Assembly (NCBI RefSeq): GCF_009914755.1
Contig: NC_060941.1
Length of the DNA stretch: 64,000 nucleotides
Strand: one strand, 5' to 3'
DNA from: the human T2T-CHM13v2.0 reference genome, Homo sapiens
The translations under genes were made by a program, and so were the position numbers. Under the pieces are notes generated by a model that saw only the letters and a list, made by a program, of their open reading frames with translations, had not been told where the DNA came from and ran no database searches. The stretch's first letter is position 1; each line of letters begins with the position of its first letter. Shown in pieces: positions 19,731-39,901 of the stretch.

Positions 19731-20405
19731 TTAAGACTCACTTGAAGAAATGAACAAAACAACCAAAAAATGAAAGACAGAAGAGAAAATAAGGAAATTC
19801 AAGGATTAAACTATGAAACCCAATATCCAATTAAGGGGTGCAGCAGAAGGAAAGAAAAGAGAAAACACAGGAGGTAATCATGAAAGCTATAAGAAAATGT
19901 TTTGAGAACTGAAGGACATGAATTTTCAAACTGAAGCGTTCACAAAATACCCAACACAATAACGGGGGTAAGCGGGGAAGTTATGCTAAGGCCTTCTGTG
20001 TGAAATTTAGGATGCTGGGACTAAAGAGATGCTCCTAAGAGCAAAATAGGATGTACAACAAGGTTCTGGAATCAGACAGGCACTGGACTTCTCTATGGCA
20101 ATACCGGAAGCTAGTAGTCAAGGCAAGATGCCTCCAAAATTTGGAGTGCAAATTGTTTCCGGCCTAAAATTTTATATGCAGTCAATCAATCAACAACAAG
20201 GGAGATAATAAAGATAGTTTTGGACAAGTACTATCTCAAGAAAATTTATTTCCCAAGTACTCTTTCTTAGAAAGCTAGGGGAGGCTTAAGGGGGTAAATC
20301 AAGCAAGAAAATGAGTTCCAGGAATGAAGGGCTCCAAAAGAAGAAAGAGTTGATGGAAAGTCTCAAGAAGATATTAAGAAGGCCTAGCAGAGGAGTGCTG
20401 TCCTA

Positions 20406-20884
<479 letters not shown>

Positions 20885-22171
20885 CTACGTAGCTCTGTTA
20901 ATGATATTGATATGGTCAAAATGAAAACAATGAGTGATAACTAACAATTGTAGTTTAACTCTGTTGGTAGCACAGAGAAAGAAGTGTGAGTGCCTGAGCA
21001 TGTGTGTGGGCGGACAATGAAAGAACTAATCATTTCCCACAGGAGGAAGTTAAGAGACAGCTTCTAGAATTGCAAGCAAATCGAGTCATGTCAGTACAAG
21101 TACATTATTTAGAAATAAGAAAGCAAAACCAAGAAGAGAGTGTGAAAGAGTTGAAAGTACCTTCCTTTGGAGAGTGGGGTGTAGGGGAAGGAAGGTGAAA
21201 CAGGTGACTCTTGCTTTCTGTTTTCTCTTTTGAAATACACCCTGCACTATTTGTCTTTTTAAATTATGCCATTATTTTGACTCATCACCAGGTGAAAGTC
21301 TATGTCAAATGCATGCCACTGTGTGTGGATTGAGGGCAGGTGTAGGGCAGGATGGGGGTGAGTGCCACCTGCATCTGAACGCCATGGAACACGCAGGTAT
21401 TGGGTGTTAGAGACAGAAGAGAACACACATTCATTACACTCTCCTCTTGGCTGCTCAGCAAGCACGTGTGCGCGTATACGCACAAACACACACACAGGTA
21501 TATACAATTTCAAGCAAATTTGATACATTTATCAAAATATAATTATCCCAAGCACAACCAAAACTGCATTCACTTCCTTCCCAACGGGAGAAAAATCTCA
21601 AATCACATCTTGCTACAGTATAGCGAGGGAAGGAGGGGCCTCTGTGGTACAAGTCCCAGATCTCTGGTTAATGGTCATCTTCTCAACCCAGTTCATAAAT
21701 AGTTCTCCATATTATGACCAAGTAATTTAGTTATTTCCAATATATCCGATATATACCTGTAGACAAATGCCCTGAGGATGCTACCAAAAGCTCCTGTTTG
21801 GAAAAGGGGAAAGGCACACATTGCCACCCAGTCCAGGACGTACATGCTTCTTATTAGGGTGCAGTAACCCTGTCCCCTGGGAGGCTCATTCTTGTCTAAT
21901 GTCCTCTGCTGAAAAAGACAACCCTTTGGGGGTTTCCGCACTACCTAAGGTCAGCTTCAAAAAGGGAATGTTGCATAGCCATGGTGAACATGGAACAAGT
22001 TCTAGGAAGAAATGAGGATCCAGAAGTAGAATCAACCCGAACAAATATTACTGTCAACCAAATAGAGTTTGTGTGTGTTGTATAAAATCACTGTAGAATT
22101 ATATGCTTCAATTACTGAGATTAAATATTCAGTATCAGGAAAAAGCTTGCCTTTCTTAAAAAGTATGTTTT

Positions 22172-22464
22172 GGCTGGGCGCAGTGGCTCACACCTCCCAG
22201 CACTTTGGGAGGCCGAAGCCGAAAAGTCACCCGAGCCGAGGAGTTCACGACTAACCTGGGCAACATGGTGAAACCTCGTGTCCACTAAAAACACAAAACA
22301 TTAGCTGGGTGTGGTGGTGGGTACCTGTAGTCCCAGCTACTCAGGAGGGAGGGAGGATCACCTAAGCCTGGGAATTTGAAGCTGCAGTGAGCCATGATCA
22401 CGCCACTGCACTCCAGCATGGGCGATGGGAGTGAGACTCGGTCTCAAAAAAAAAAAAAAAAAAA
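22172..22464 (+). mobile_element. AluJ
   Basis: GGAGGATCACCTAAGCCTGGGAATTTGAAGCTGCAG; TSD AAAAAGTATGTTT. Confidence 0.88.
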
Positions 22465-24149
22465 GTATGTTTCTTTCCTTTCCTATTAAATACTTCCATT
22501 GTGGTACACATCATATTTCCCTTTCTGTGTTGGTTTTCCAAGATTCTATCCTCAGTGCTAAATTTAATGCTCAAATATGGTATTAGTTTAGGAATTGGAC
22601 ATATTTTATTTACGTTCTCTTCTACATGTAAACATTTTCTATTCTTTAACAGCTTTGAGATTTTATATATACATACATCTTTTATTGTAAACTACCCATG
22701 TCCTCTTTGGAATACATAGGTCACAAATTATAAATAAAATCTATCTTGGGATAGGATTTGAGCTATCTTTGCTAAACTGCCCTACAAGATTCCTAGAGAT
22801 TGAGGTTGGGGAAGAAACTGGGCTTTGAACAGTCCAAAGGCTCCGCTAGCCAGTCTTTATTGCTTGCTGTTTTATCTTAAGTCTGGTTCTGCAGGCTAAA
22901 CTCTGTGAACGTATTCATTTATTTATGCTTTTGTGTATATTTTGGTGTTGTTTCCAAGGAAAAGTTCTCTTTCAAATCCTCCCGCCTTGCCTTAGTTGAA
23001 CTAAGGAGAAGTGGGATTTTCTCCTGTGTTGATGTGTTCCTGAGTGTTGGATGGGGTGCTGCCAGCTAACCAGACCAGGACTAGAGCTAAGGAAGAAGCT
23101 GCTGGAGCTGGGGCAGAGGCACTGGGAATCCAGGAGGTACAGGACTGGCCCAGAGGTGGATGGACGGAGTCCCTGCCCACAGGGCAATTCCTTTACACAA
23201 AGAAGAACCTCAGACAAATAAATGGGTACTAAACATATGAACGATATAAGGGTAGAGCAAAGGCATCCTGGAAGTCAGTGTCACGGTCTCCACCGTGGGG
23301 CCTGTCCGTGGGGCTTCAGCATTCACTGGCGTGGGAGACCTGCAGCTTAGGTGTGTCACCACCGTGTGGTGGAAGGGAGAGTGACAGGCATACAGAGCCC
23401 AGTGGGTTCCCAGTTCAGAGATTTATGGTGCTTTTCTAAGCCACAGCTTGAACAAAAATAGAATCTGTTTATTAAACTTGTCTCTTTCATAACACAACAC
23501 AGACTTCAGAAAGATAACTTTACAGCAGACAAAATAAAGAGGAGGCACTCATATTTCTCCAGCTACCTGCTAATGGCTAATCTCGAGCATGCTTTATTCT
23601 GAGGCCTACAGGAAGGAGTTTCCTCCTCTCACCTCCAACTAAAAAGAATCCCCTTTCTTTACTTTGGCATTGAACCCCTTCAGCAGCACAGCTCACAGTC
23701 CTGGCCCTGGCTTACTAGGGCTTGCAGAATCATCTTGCTTCACCAAGCTGGTTTGGAAGCAGCAGAATTTCCTCTTGAGCCAACAAGTCTTCCCCTCGCT
23801 GAATGCTCTCTGGCTGTTTCTAAGAATGTGCTCTGCAGTTCCCATGCCCCAAGTCCTCAGATGCCACTAGCTATTCAGCTCTCATGCCCCCCATCTTCTC
23901 TCCAAACACAAGGCCTTACACCCAACCAGCAAGCAACTCTAGGAAGATTATTTTCAAGACAGATTAAAGTAACCTGACAGAAAATAGAACAAAACATGAA
24001 TATCCGGTATCATCATGGATACTGGTTGGTTAAGCAAATTTAAATTCATTTCACCAATATTATTGAATTGGGTACAATCACTAAATAACCACTGGGACAC
24101 AGCAGCCAGGGACCTCCATGTCTCCTAGGTAGATAAAGAAAAATAATAA

Positions 24150-24370
24150 TGAATAGTGAGAGCATTTACAAAGTGCCAAGCATTGTTCTGAAGAATACAC
24201 ATGCTATAATTCATTTCACCCTCACAAATCTCCCAATGTTGGGTAGATCCCATGAATACTTCTAGTTTCTAGGCAGTATTCTAGGAGTATCTAAGGGATG
24301 CTCGAGGTCTCACAGCTGGTAACCAATGGAGCTGGATTCCAATCCAGAAAGTCAGATTGTAGACCCCTCA
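24150..24370 (-). mobile_element. MIR
   Basis: GTGCCAAGCATTGTTCT..TCATTTCACCCTCACAA..GAGGTCTCACAGCTGGTAA..GGATTCCAATCCAG. Confidence 0.7.
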
Positions 24371-24741
24371 AAACAGTGTCTGCAGCCACTGCCTTACACG
24401 GCTTCCTGGGGAAGTCATCCCCTACCTGTAATCAGCTTATGAGGACCTCACAGAAGATGTGGAATTTTAGAGACTTTTTTTTTTTTTAATGAGAACATTA
24501 TAACTTGGGCATGAGGTAGCTATGAAGAATTCTCAAAGACCTGATTAAGGTCCTTGGATAAGTGATGACAGTGAGATAGGAGGTGTAAGAAGGTCCGGCG
24601 GTCTACCCAGAAAATGTTACCATAAAAATAGAATACTGTCATTAATTTTGAAGTGAATACGACACTTTGTACTTTGCAAAGAACCGTGACATATATGTTA
24701 TCCATTTTAAGCTTTGCAGTAACCCCAGATGTCATGTTTAA

Positions 24742-25068
<327 letters not shown>

Positions 25069-25697
25069 CAAGTCTTATTTTCTCCATCTTATAGATGAAG
25101 CAAATGATGAAGATTCCACGGCTAGCCTAGAGGTGGCCTAGGGTTTGGGTCTTCTGATGTCTATTGCAGTGCTGTTGGTCACATCTTGCTAATTTGGCCC
25201 CAGGGTCAGCAAAGAACTCTTAGTGAGAGAGATGGCGTAACACAAGATAGGAAGGAAAGGAAAGATATGAAGTCTGGCTGGAAGGCCTAATGGTGATAAA
25301 GTGAAAGAGGAAGAGAACTCGTATTTTCTGAGCCCTTACTATGTGCAAAACCCTATGGTGGGCCTCAATGGCTCAGGAAAGCTGGAAATACAACAGAATC
25401 ACTGAAAGAGAAGATTCCTGCATGGAAGGCAACTGTTGCTTCTCCATCAGGATCAGCTCTGAGTGAGGGTGGAACATCTGAAGCCAGGCGTTTCATAAAC
25501 AGGAGCTTTGGCAGTCTTACACTCTTTAGAGCAGACAACAAGGAGCAGACAGGAATCAGGAATCGCTCCTTAGAGACTTCCAGGGATGGGAAGAATGCAT
25601 GGGAAAGGATTCTTAAGAAGGTGTGTGCAGAGGAGGGTACTTCATTGATGAAACATAAGGAAGAACTAGGGGCCAGGGAAACTCTAGTGTTGGTAAG

Positions 25698-26110
25698 CAT
25701 TATGGACTGAATCGTATCACCCCAACATTCATATGTTGAAGCCCAAATCCTCAATGTAACTGTATTTGGAGACAGGAACTTTGAAAATGTAATGAAAATG
25801 AAAATGAGGTCATAAGAGTGGGGTACTAGTCCAATAGGACTGATGTCATTATAAGAAGAGGAAGAGACACCAGAGGGCTCTTTCCTTCTCTGAACTTGCA
25901 TACTCTGAGCATGCACAGAGGAAAGGCCACGTGAGCACAGAGCAAGAAGGCAGCCATCTGCAACCCAAGGACAGAAGCCTCAGCAGAAACCGACCCTGCT
26001 GGCACCCTGATCTTGGATTTCTAATCTCCAGAATTCTGAGAGAATAAACTTCTGTTGGCTAAGCAACCCCGCCTGGTATTTTGTTATGGCAGCTTGAGCA
26101 GACTAATGGA
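25698..26110 (+). mobile_element. MLT1B-like MaLR solo LTR
   Basis: TTATGGACTGAAT..TTCATATGTTGAAGCCC..ATAAGAAGAGGAAGAGACACCAGAG..AATAAACTTCTGTTG..TTTTGTTATGGCAGC; 5-bp TSD GTAAG/GTGAG. Confidence 0.88.
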
Positions 26111-26159
26111 GTGAGCCTTGTTGGCCCTGCCACCTCCCTGGCTCTTGGCCAACACTAAT

Positions 26160-26435
26160 TTATATTTGAAAACTCAGAGTCACCTCTTCTATGAGGTCTT
26201 TCTCATTCATCCTAGCCATTTCTTCCTTGATGCCTCCTCTCTATGTGAAGGGATCTTATCTTAGAACCCATAACACTTTATTGACTTAGTCTTTTTTAAA
26301 ACAAGCCTAACTGTTCCTATTAGACTCCGAGCCCCTTGAAAGAAGAGACCACCTTAGTCAACTTTATAGTCCTGGTCCCTAGCATGTAGCAGACATTCAA
26401 TAATTGTTTATAGACAAATTAAAGAAATGAACAAA
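26160..26435 (+). mobile_element. L2 3' fragment
   Basis: ACTCAGAGTCACCTCTTCTATGAGG..TTAGACTCCGAGCCCCTTGA..GTAGCAGACATTCAATAATTGTT. Confidence 0.65.
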
Positions 26436-26467
26436 TCTAGGATATTATCTTGAAAATGTAGGCTGGG

Positions 26468-27554
<1,087 letters not shown>

Positions 27555-27829
27555 TTAATTAATGAATTCATTCATTCAACAATAAACTTGTAAATGGCTG
27601 GAAGGAAAAAAAGAAGTAAATTGTTGAAAGACTAAAAAAAAAAAAAAACAAACCAAGGGCATTTCTAGATAGCGAAGACATGACAAAATGAAGGATTAGC
27701 TGGATTAGCTGTGTAAGTGAATATAAAGCAGTTATTTGTAGTAACCGCTTGCCATGCAGTATGATTTTAATTATACTTAAATGTAAAGGATAGCTGTACA
27801 GAGTAGGGGCTGTGTGAGCTCCAAGGTGA

Positions 27830-28140
27830 GACAAAGGTGGTGGCTGAATCCTGCCTCTGCTAATACTAGTTGGGTGATTTTAGACAAGTTACTAAACTTC
27901 TCTGGGCCTCATCTCATTATTTTTTTCAACATAAATCTTACTCAAGTATAATACATATACAGAAAATTACATAAGCTGTCAAGAGACAAGCTCAATGAAT
28001 TTACTAGTTGCCTTATCTTGTAAATGGGAAGAATAACAGCATCTGTTCATACAGGACAGGTATGAGGACTTCATGACATGATGCTTTGGAAGCATTTGGC
28101 ATGGTGTCCAATGCACAGTGAACCTCCAAAAACGTCAGCT
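27830..28140 (+). mobile_element. MIR with a small antisense L1M 3' insert at about 27920-28005
   Basis: TGAATCCTGCCTCTGCTAATACTAGTTGGGTGATTTTAGACAAGTTACTAAACTTCTCTGGGCCTCA..TGTAAATGGGAAGAATAACAG. Confidence 0.7.
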
Positions 28141-28589
28141 CTCATTTATGTTTACCTCATTAAACTGCAATCTTAACTTGATGTAGAGATGTTCAAACCT
28201 TGTATCATTTTGCATACAGTCTGATAGCATATGCCCAGAGTTTGCAAAAAAAAAAAAAAAAGAAAAAAAAAGAAAAAGTGAATCCTGCTCCTAATGTGGT
28301 TTAGTGAGTATAGAAACTCATCTTTAGAACTGAGTATGAGAATCTCATCACTGTCACCCTTCCTGCCACTCCCACTTAATGGAATGATTCTTCATCTACT
28401 TAAAATGCCAAGGAAGCTTAGAGTCAGGGCCAGAGGTGGCAACAAAATGGATGTGGAGATGCTTCCTTGGTTGGTACATGAAAGAGAGAAAGACATCTTT
28501 TATTTCAGCATTTGTGACTTCTCATACAAGCTGAATAGAGGTCATCATTCCAGGGCTAGGCAACAGCAAGTACTCAATAAATGTTTGTT

Positions 28590-28850
28590 AGCCGGATACA
28601 GTAGCTCACGCCTATGGTTCCCATTACCTGGGAGGCTGAAGCAGGAGGACTGCTTGAGCCCAAGAGTTCAAAACCACCCTGGGCAACACGGCAAGACCCT
28701 ATCTCTAAAGAAATAAAAATAACAGTAAAATTAGCCAGGCATGGTGGCACACACCTGTAGTCCCAGCTGCCTGGGAGGTTGAGGCAGGAGAATCACTTGA
28801 GCCCAGGAGGTCAAGACTAGCCTAGGTGATATAGTGAGTGTCTGTCTCTC
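28590..28850 (+). mobile_element. AluJ (Jo-like) with right-arm deletion
   Basis: GGAGGACTGCTTGAGCCCAAGAG; TSD AAT(A/G)AATGTTTGTTA. Confidence 0.85.
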
Positions 28851-29531
28851 AATAAATGAATGTTTGTTAGCTGGGGATGCAGCAGGAGCATCTTCTGAAA
28901 GAAGGGCAAGTTGGGACCCCACTGTATCTTAAGCGGTGTTCCTATAAACAAAGTTATTCCATGTACCTAGCAAGGGTGGACCAAGTGGTTACCTAAATAG
29001 AGATGACCTGATGGGTAAAAAGAAGTCCTTTCTTTTCCCAAGTGTCTTCCCCAAACAGCTTCAGGATACCCAAAATTCCACTGCTGGTAGATTCCTGTTT
29101 GTCACAGTCAGCCTCCTCCTCCGTTCCCATTTAAAACGGAAATGTCACTGGCTGGGAAAGCACACTGTTTCTGACGTGGGAGCATGGATGAACTGATGGG
29201 AGTCCTTTCCTCTTGAGCAGAAGAAGATGGACAGTAAAAGTGTCAGTGACTGAAGGAAGCATGGATGTGAGCACATGTGGAGCGTGAGTTGGCGGAGGTG
29301 GAACTTTCTGACCTCTGTACTTTGGCCAGCCCAGCCCTGGCACCCACAGGCACAGGAGAGTTCCTGGCAATGGAAAGGCTGATGAGGAAATCAGCTCAGG
29401 TTTTCCTAAGTGCTCTTCCAACATCTTCCTTCCACTGCCACGTGCACTCCTGCTTTGTCTTTCCCTCTTCCAAGTAACTCTCTGTGAGCAAATGTACTTC
29501 TGTTATTCCACTTTAAAAACCAAAAAAACCG

Positions 29532-29850
<319 letters not shown>

Positions 29851-30441
29851 AAACCTGAGTAGCATCTGTCCTTGCAAGCATTCCTTTGCAACTCCTCAGA
29901 AGATCCAGGCTCTTCTAAGTAGCAGCAGCAGATGTGGCTTAAAACAAGATGCTTGAGGGGAATTTACAGTCTGTGACCAATTAGCCAGATGCACTCACCT
30001 TCCCACCTGGTTTTTCTCTTGTCGGTGTTTTGCGAGCCCTCTCTCACTTTCCTTGATTCTCTGTTGGTAGAAGGTCATTTCCCTTTGGCCTAGGAGTTTG
30101 CAGTCTGAGGCCATCTTGGGTTCACATCTGCTTCTGGACTTCAGATGGCACTGGTGACCAACACAAGCCTTCTCCAACACACACTCACGCAGGCACAGTG
30201 ACCTTTTCTCCCGGATGCATAGCTCATCATAGTTTTCCACATTTTTTTTGTGAATTCCAACTTCAGATGGTGCAAATGTGGTCACATGGTTAATTCCCAA
30301 TCTATGCTATACAGAATGCTGAGCCTTACTGTGTCTGCATGTCATTTCCCAAGCAAACCGAGGAACTGTATTTCAGCCACAAAACCTCGATGATTTGGAA
30401 GGAAAAGAGGGGATTGCCTGCGTCCGTCTTCATTCTTACGC

Positions 30442-30742
<301 letters not shown>

Positions 30743-31049
30743 ATTCTTACATTATTTAATACTGGTCATACCACTTCCTGCTTCCAGTCAGTGAAGTAGA
30801 GTTACCGCTGTGTCTAGAAGCTACCGCTTTAGGCTATTTGTTACTCTAAATGTAATGTAAACTCCTTTCCTTTCAGTTTGGGTTTGCCTCAATCAACTAC
30901 GTTTGCCAACACTTGGAGATGTAGAGAGCTTTAAGTTGTTATCTCGTCAAGATCTTGGAACCTAGGCAGGGCATGAACATCAATCACCCAAGATAAACAT
31001 TTGTTTCACCAGTGTTTATAAATTTCTGGGGTTGAAAATTCCCCAATTA

Positions 31050-31371
<322 letters not shown>

Positions 31372-31830
31372 GAAAATTCCCCAATTATTTAAAAAACCTG
31401 TGAGTCATGACCTCCCCAAATCACAATTATGGTAAACTCCCCTCCCCCTTTTATTTTGCTTCAGCTAGTTTGAGTTGGGTTTTGAACCTTAGAAATGTTT
31501 TGTAGTTTTCTTCGTAGATCTACTTCTTGTTGAGCTTTTATAGCTATCGTGAATGCAATCTGTTCTCCATCTGTGATGTTTTCTACCTGGTTATGAGTGT
31601 TATATGAGAATACAATTTTTGTATATTTATTTTATATCTGGCAAAGGACTTGGCGTTCTTAGTTTTTCAGTTGATTCTCTTGAAATTTCCAAGTAGACAA
31701 CTGGAAATATTTGCAAGTAAGATGTTAATTTTGGCTTTTCCTCTTTATTTATTTTGCATATTGCAGAGGTTGTGCCTTCCAAATTAATGATATGTATTAG
31801 TTATGAGATGGGACATTCTTATTTTGTTCT

Positions 31831-32130
<300 letters not shown>

Positions 32131-32427
32131 CCTTATTTTGTTCTTGATCTGATCCTCTAGTTTTTCACCATTAGGCAAAATGATTAGTAATGTTTAGTTT
32201 GTGATAGTTATTATTTAGCATGATAATACAGTGTGTGTCCTTTAATTCCTAGTTTCTGAAGAGTAATTTTTAAAAAACAACAACAACTAAGAACAGATAC
32301 TGAGCTCTATTAAATGCCTTTTTAGTATCTACTAAGGTGATTACAAGGCTTTACTCCATTTATTAATGAGATGAATCATGTTAATATGTTTCCTAATATT
32401 AACCTCTCTTTGTACACTTGAGATTAA

Positions 32428-32788
<361 letters not shown>

Positions 32789-33744
32789 AGTGCTTTACTT
32801 TTTAAATAGAAAACTAGATTTATTTTGCTATTGTTTTAGGTAGGGCATTTTAGGGTAACTATATTCATAAGTGAGACTGGCATCCAGATTTGTAAGTAAA
32901 TGTTATCTTTGTTGGGTATGGTTATTAGAGTTATTCTAAATTCATATAGTGAAATAGGATGCCTTCCTTCTTTTCTGTATTCTGAAATAGTTTATATAAC
33001 ATAGAAATTATTTTTCCTGGAAAGTTTGAAATAGTTTGCCCATAAAACTGCCTAGTACCAGAGTATTTTGGGGAGGATAATTCTTTGTACACTCCTCCTG
33101 TTTCTTTCTCAGTTACTGTTCCATTTATGTTCTCTAATTACTCTTTAAACTATTTTGGGAACTTGAAGTTTTCTAGAAGATCATTGAACCGTTAATTAGT
33201 ATAAATTTATAAATAGTATTCTCTAATTTTTAACTCAGCATCTGTGTTTATATACCCCTTCTCATCCTTAATATGGTGGTTTTGTTTTTTTTCTTTTTTG
33301 CCAAAATACTTGGCAGACATTTGCCTATTTAATCTGCCTTTTCAAATAGATAGTTTTTATATTTATTAATAAACCTACTGTTTATATGCTTTCAAATGCA
33401 CTGACCTCTTAGTTTGTCCTGCATTCCTTAAGTTGGCTTAATCTAAAGTCCTAAATGGTATCCTTAAGTTACCTATTCTTATTTTTTTCTATTTGTATAT
33501 TCCCTGGATGCTTTGAATTCATAACTGTGCTTAAATAGCCACCCTGCTCTAAAAGCTCTAAGAGTGAGCAGAAGCGGTGTGGCCCACTTCCAGGCATGGA
33601 CACATAAGCAGCACACACTTCATGCTCTTTTCCGCTTCTGAAGTGTAGCCATAAGGTGCCCATGACCTGGCTTTGACCAAGGAGATGAGGATCCACAGAG
33701 CACTGGTGGAGACAAGACAGAGAGAAAGTGGGCTGAGAATGACT

Positions 33745-34006
33745 CCATGAAAAGGCAAAACCACAGGAATAGAAGTCAGATCAGTTGTTTCCAGGGTCTG
33801 GGGGTTCAGGGGATGAGGAGAAGGCACTGGCCACAAAGGAGCACAAGGGAACTCATATTCGGGGTGGTGGAAAGATTCAGTATTTTTATTGTAGTAGTGG
33901 TTGTAGAACTATTTATGTTTCTCAGAACTCACAGAATTGGTCACCGAAAAATGGTGAATTTTATATGTGAATTAGATCTAATATAGATTAAAAAAAAAAA
34001 AAAAAA
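33745..34006 (+). mobile_element. L1M (MB/MC/ME-type) 3' end with poly(A)
   Basis: AAAAGGCAAAACCACAGGAATAGAAGTCAGATCAGTTGTTTCCAGGG..AATGGTGAATTTTATATGTGAATTA followed by an A-run. Confidence 0.75.
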
Positions 34007-34010
34007 GGAA

Positions 34011-34337
<327 letters not shown>

Positions 34338-34659
34338 CTAGACTGCTCACTCCAGAGCTGTTCCATGAAACACAAATACAGTTCTACATTCTATAAGCCA
34401 CAATACTGTTATAATATGGTTGCATCTCTCTGTTGTAGTACCTTTACCCTAGTGTGTGTGTGTGTATGTGTATGTGTTACACAAAAGTATTAACACTGAT
34501 AAATAGTAGAATTGGAGTTAGTTCATTTTCTAAGTTTTGTTCATCTATATTTTCTTCAGTAAATGTGATTTCGCCACACATAAAAGAAAATATAAGAAAT
34601 GTTGCATATTTTAGATCTATATCCAGCCAAAAAGTTAAATTACTAGGGCTTAAAATTAA

Positions 34660-35900
34660 TCTCTAAAATTAGTACATGATTAAGGCGGCTTTCAAAATCA
34701 GTAGAAATAGGGATGAACTTTTAAAATAAATGCTAATGGAACAACTGAGTAGCCATCTGTAAAAACATACACTTCACACCAGGATAAACTCCAAATGGAT
34801 CAAAAACTTAAATGCAGCAAACAAAACCATTAAAGGTCTAGAAAAAAAATCCATGAAATAATTCCTTTATGTTATGTGGAGATAACCTTTCTCACCGTGA
34901 CTTAAAATCTGGACGTCATAAAAGAACAGGTTGATAATTACGACTACCTAAAAATTAGAAACTTTTCATGACAAAAAAAAAATCATCATAAGCAATGTCA
35001 AAGGCCAAATAATTAGGAAAAAAATATTTGAAATTCATTATCACACAGGATCCATCTCCCAAATTTATAAAAAGTCTCTCAACTTGGTAAGAAAAAGATC
35101 AGCAATCCAGAGAAAATCAGCACTAAGAACATCAACAGACTGTTAAGAAAAAAAAAGGAAATACAAATGGTCATTAAAATATATCCAAAGGTATTCTATT
35201 TCACTCATAAGAAAAATACAAAAGAGTAGCCGGGTGCTGTGGCTCACGCCTGTAATCCCAGCACTTTGGGAGGCCAAGGTGGGCAGATCACCTGAGGTCA
35301 GGAGTTTGAGACCAGCCGGACCAACATGGAGAAACCTCGTCTCTACAAAAAAATGAAAATAAATTAATACAAATAATTAGTCTGGCGTGGTGGCGCATGC
35401 CTGTAATCCCAGCTACTCGGGAGGCTGAGGCAGAAGAATCTCTTGTTGCAGCGAGCCAAGATCGTGCCATTGCACTCCAGCCTGGGCAACAAGAGCGAAA
35501 CTGTCTCAAAAAAAAAAAAAAAAAAAAAAGAAAAAAGAAAGAAAAAAGAAAACGAAAAATACAAAATAAAGCTCTTAGGTTTAATCATATGAATTACCAA
35601 TGTTCTACGATTTCTGACCTACACAAATGGTAATTTCATGTGGTTCAACTTAATACAATGAAATAATATTTTTTCCTCTATCAGACTGGCAAAATCCCAC
35701 AAGCTGAGTGCCATAATCTTTCCACGAGACTGTGAGGCGATAGTCTTATACAATGCTTTTGGGAGTATAAAACCACTTTGGAGGGCAATCTGGTAAAATT
35801 GATCAAAATTTCCACTCTGGGAACCATCCTTTAGCTATACCTCTACACATATAAAAGAATGTATGTGCTAGGTACAGATGAGTGTTCACAATATGCTACC
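34660..35900 (+). mobile_element. Old L1 (L1M) ORF2 3' region
   Basis: AAATAAATGCTAATGGAACAACTGAGTAGCCATCTG; ATAAACTCCAAATGGATCAAAAACTTAAATG; AACCACTTTGGAGGGCAATCTGG. Confidence 0.72.
35228..35552 (+). mobile_element. AluSp with a short right-arm deletion
   Basis: ACCAACATGGAGAAACC; GAATCTCTTG|TTGCAG junction. Confidence 0.9.
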
Positions 35901-35947
35901 TTTCATATATGGGCGAAAAAAAAAATATGTATATATATATATATATA

Positions 35948-36609
<662 letters not shown>

Positions 36610-36632
36610 TATATGCACTTGATTTGCTTGTA

Positions 36633-37325
<693 letters not shown>

Positions 37326-37448
37326 AAAACTTTCTCAAAGCAGTTACTCACTTAGGGAAGGAGAGGGAGTGGAGAAGACAGGGAGCGGGGAATCAAATTC
37401 CTCAGCGTAGATGTTGTTCATCGTATTGGTGATTGAAGTAAATACTCA

Positions 37449-37826
<378 letters not shown>

Positions 37827-37844
37827 TTAAAATGAATCATTTAC

Positions 37845-38156
<312 letters not shown>

Positions 38157-38664
38157 TAAAATGACTCGTTTACCAAGGTCTTATAAATCATCAGTGCCAC
38201 TGTGCTGCATCATTTATGTACTTACAACTATTTTTTGCCATCCCCCCCACCAAAACAAATAAAAAACCATAAATGTGAATTCCATCACTAGGCTGACGAT
38301 CCTGACTGCCTCCCTGGCCAGTTTCTCCACCTTTTCTATGTCCTGCTTGGGGGAGGGCTGACCCCCACATGGGGCAACACCTGGGCTCTCCTGACTTCGG
38401 TCTTCCTCTCGGGTCAGCCAAAGGAGGCACTGGCTGGAGGTCAGAGGTCAAAAGGCTAAAGCTGGGGGATTGGAGTTGCTTCTCCTGTTCTCTTCTTGCA
38501 TCAGCAGTGGTTCTGGCAATGGCTGCATCCCCTTTTAAGCAAATTTCCTGTCTGCTGTGATCTCCTACTGAGTTCTAGTAACACTATTTTCTCCCTCTTA
38601 CTCCTTAGGGCCTGGAAGCGGGGTGGAATTAACAGTTTCCCACTATTGTTTATTCTTAGGTGCC

Positions 38665-38995
38665 CGTCAGGGATCAGAACGCGATACCCCAGAGTATGGC
38701 ACTTTGGCATGCTGAGTACTTTGAACTGAGGGAGACTGGGAGGCATCAGAAAAGCAGGGCCTTTCTGACCTTCTCCCATCCTCCTGTTTCCTGCCCCTCT
38801 TTGTCCTCTGAGTCACAGAAGCCAGAATTCCTCTTCCCAGAGGCTGGTCTTAGAAGCTAGAACTCTTCTCCCCCAAAAGCAAGCTATAAAACCTAGAAAG
38901 GTCACTCTCTCCCTTCTCCCTTGAAGACCCTCATTCCAAAGGGTTTCTGCCCCATACCTGGGAGAAAGGAAAGCTACACAGAGAGGCCAAGAAGA
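38665..38995 (+). mobile_element. ERV1 MER39-like LTR, 5' part only
   Basis: GATCAGAACGCGATACCCCAGAGTATGGCACTTTGGCATGCTGAGTACTTTGAACTGA; homologous to the copies ending at 39901 and 59454. Confidence 0.75.

Positions 38996-39901
<906 letters not shown>

Noticed and set aside
25365-25916. 183-aa ORF on the minus strand
   Set aside because: Runs from the antisense MLT1B LTR into flanking DNA; no recognisable protein similarity.
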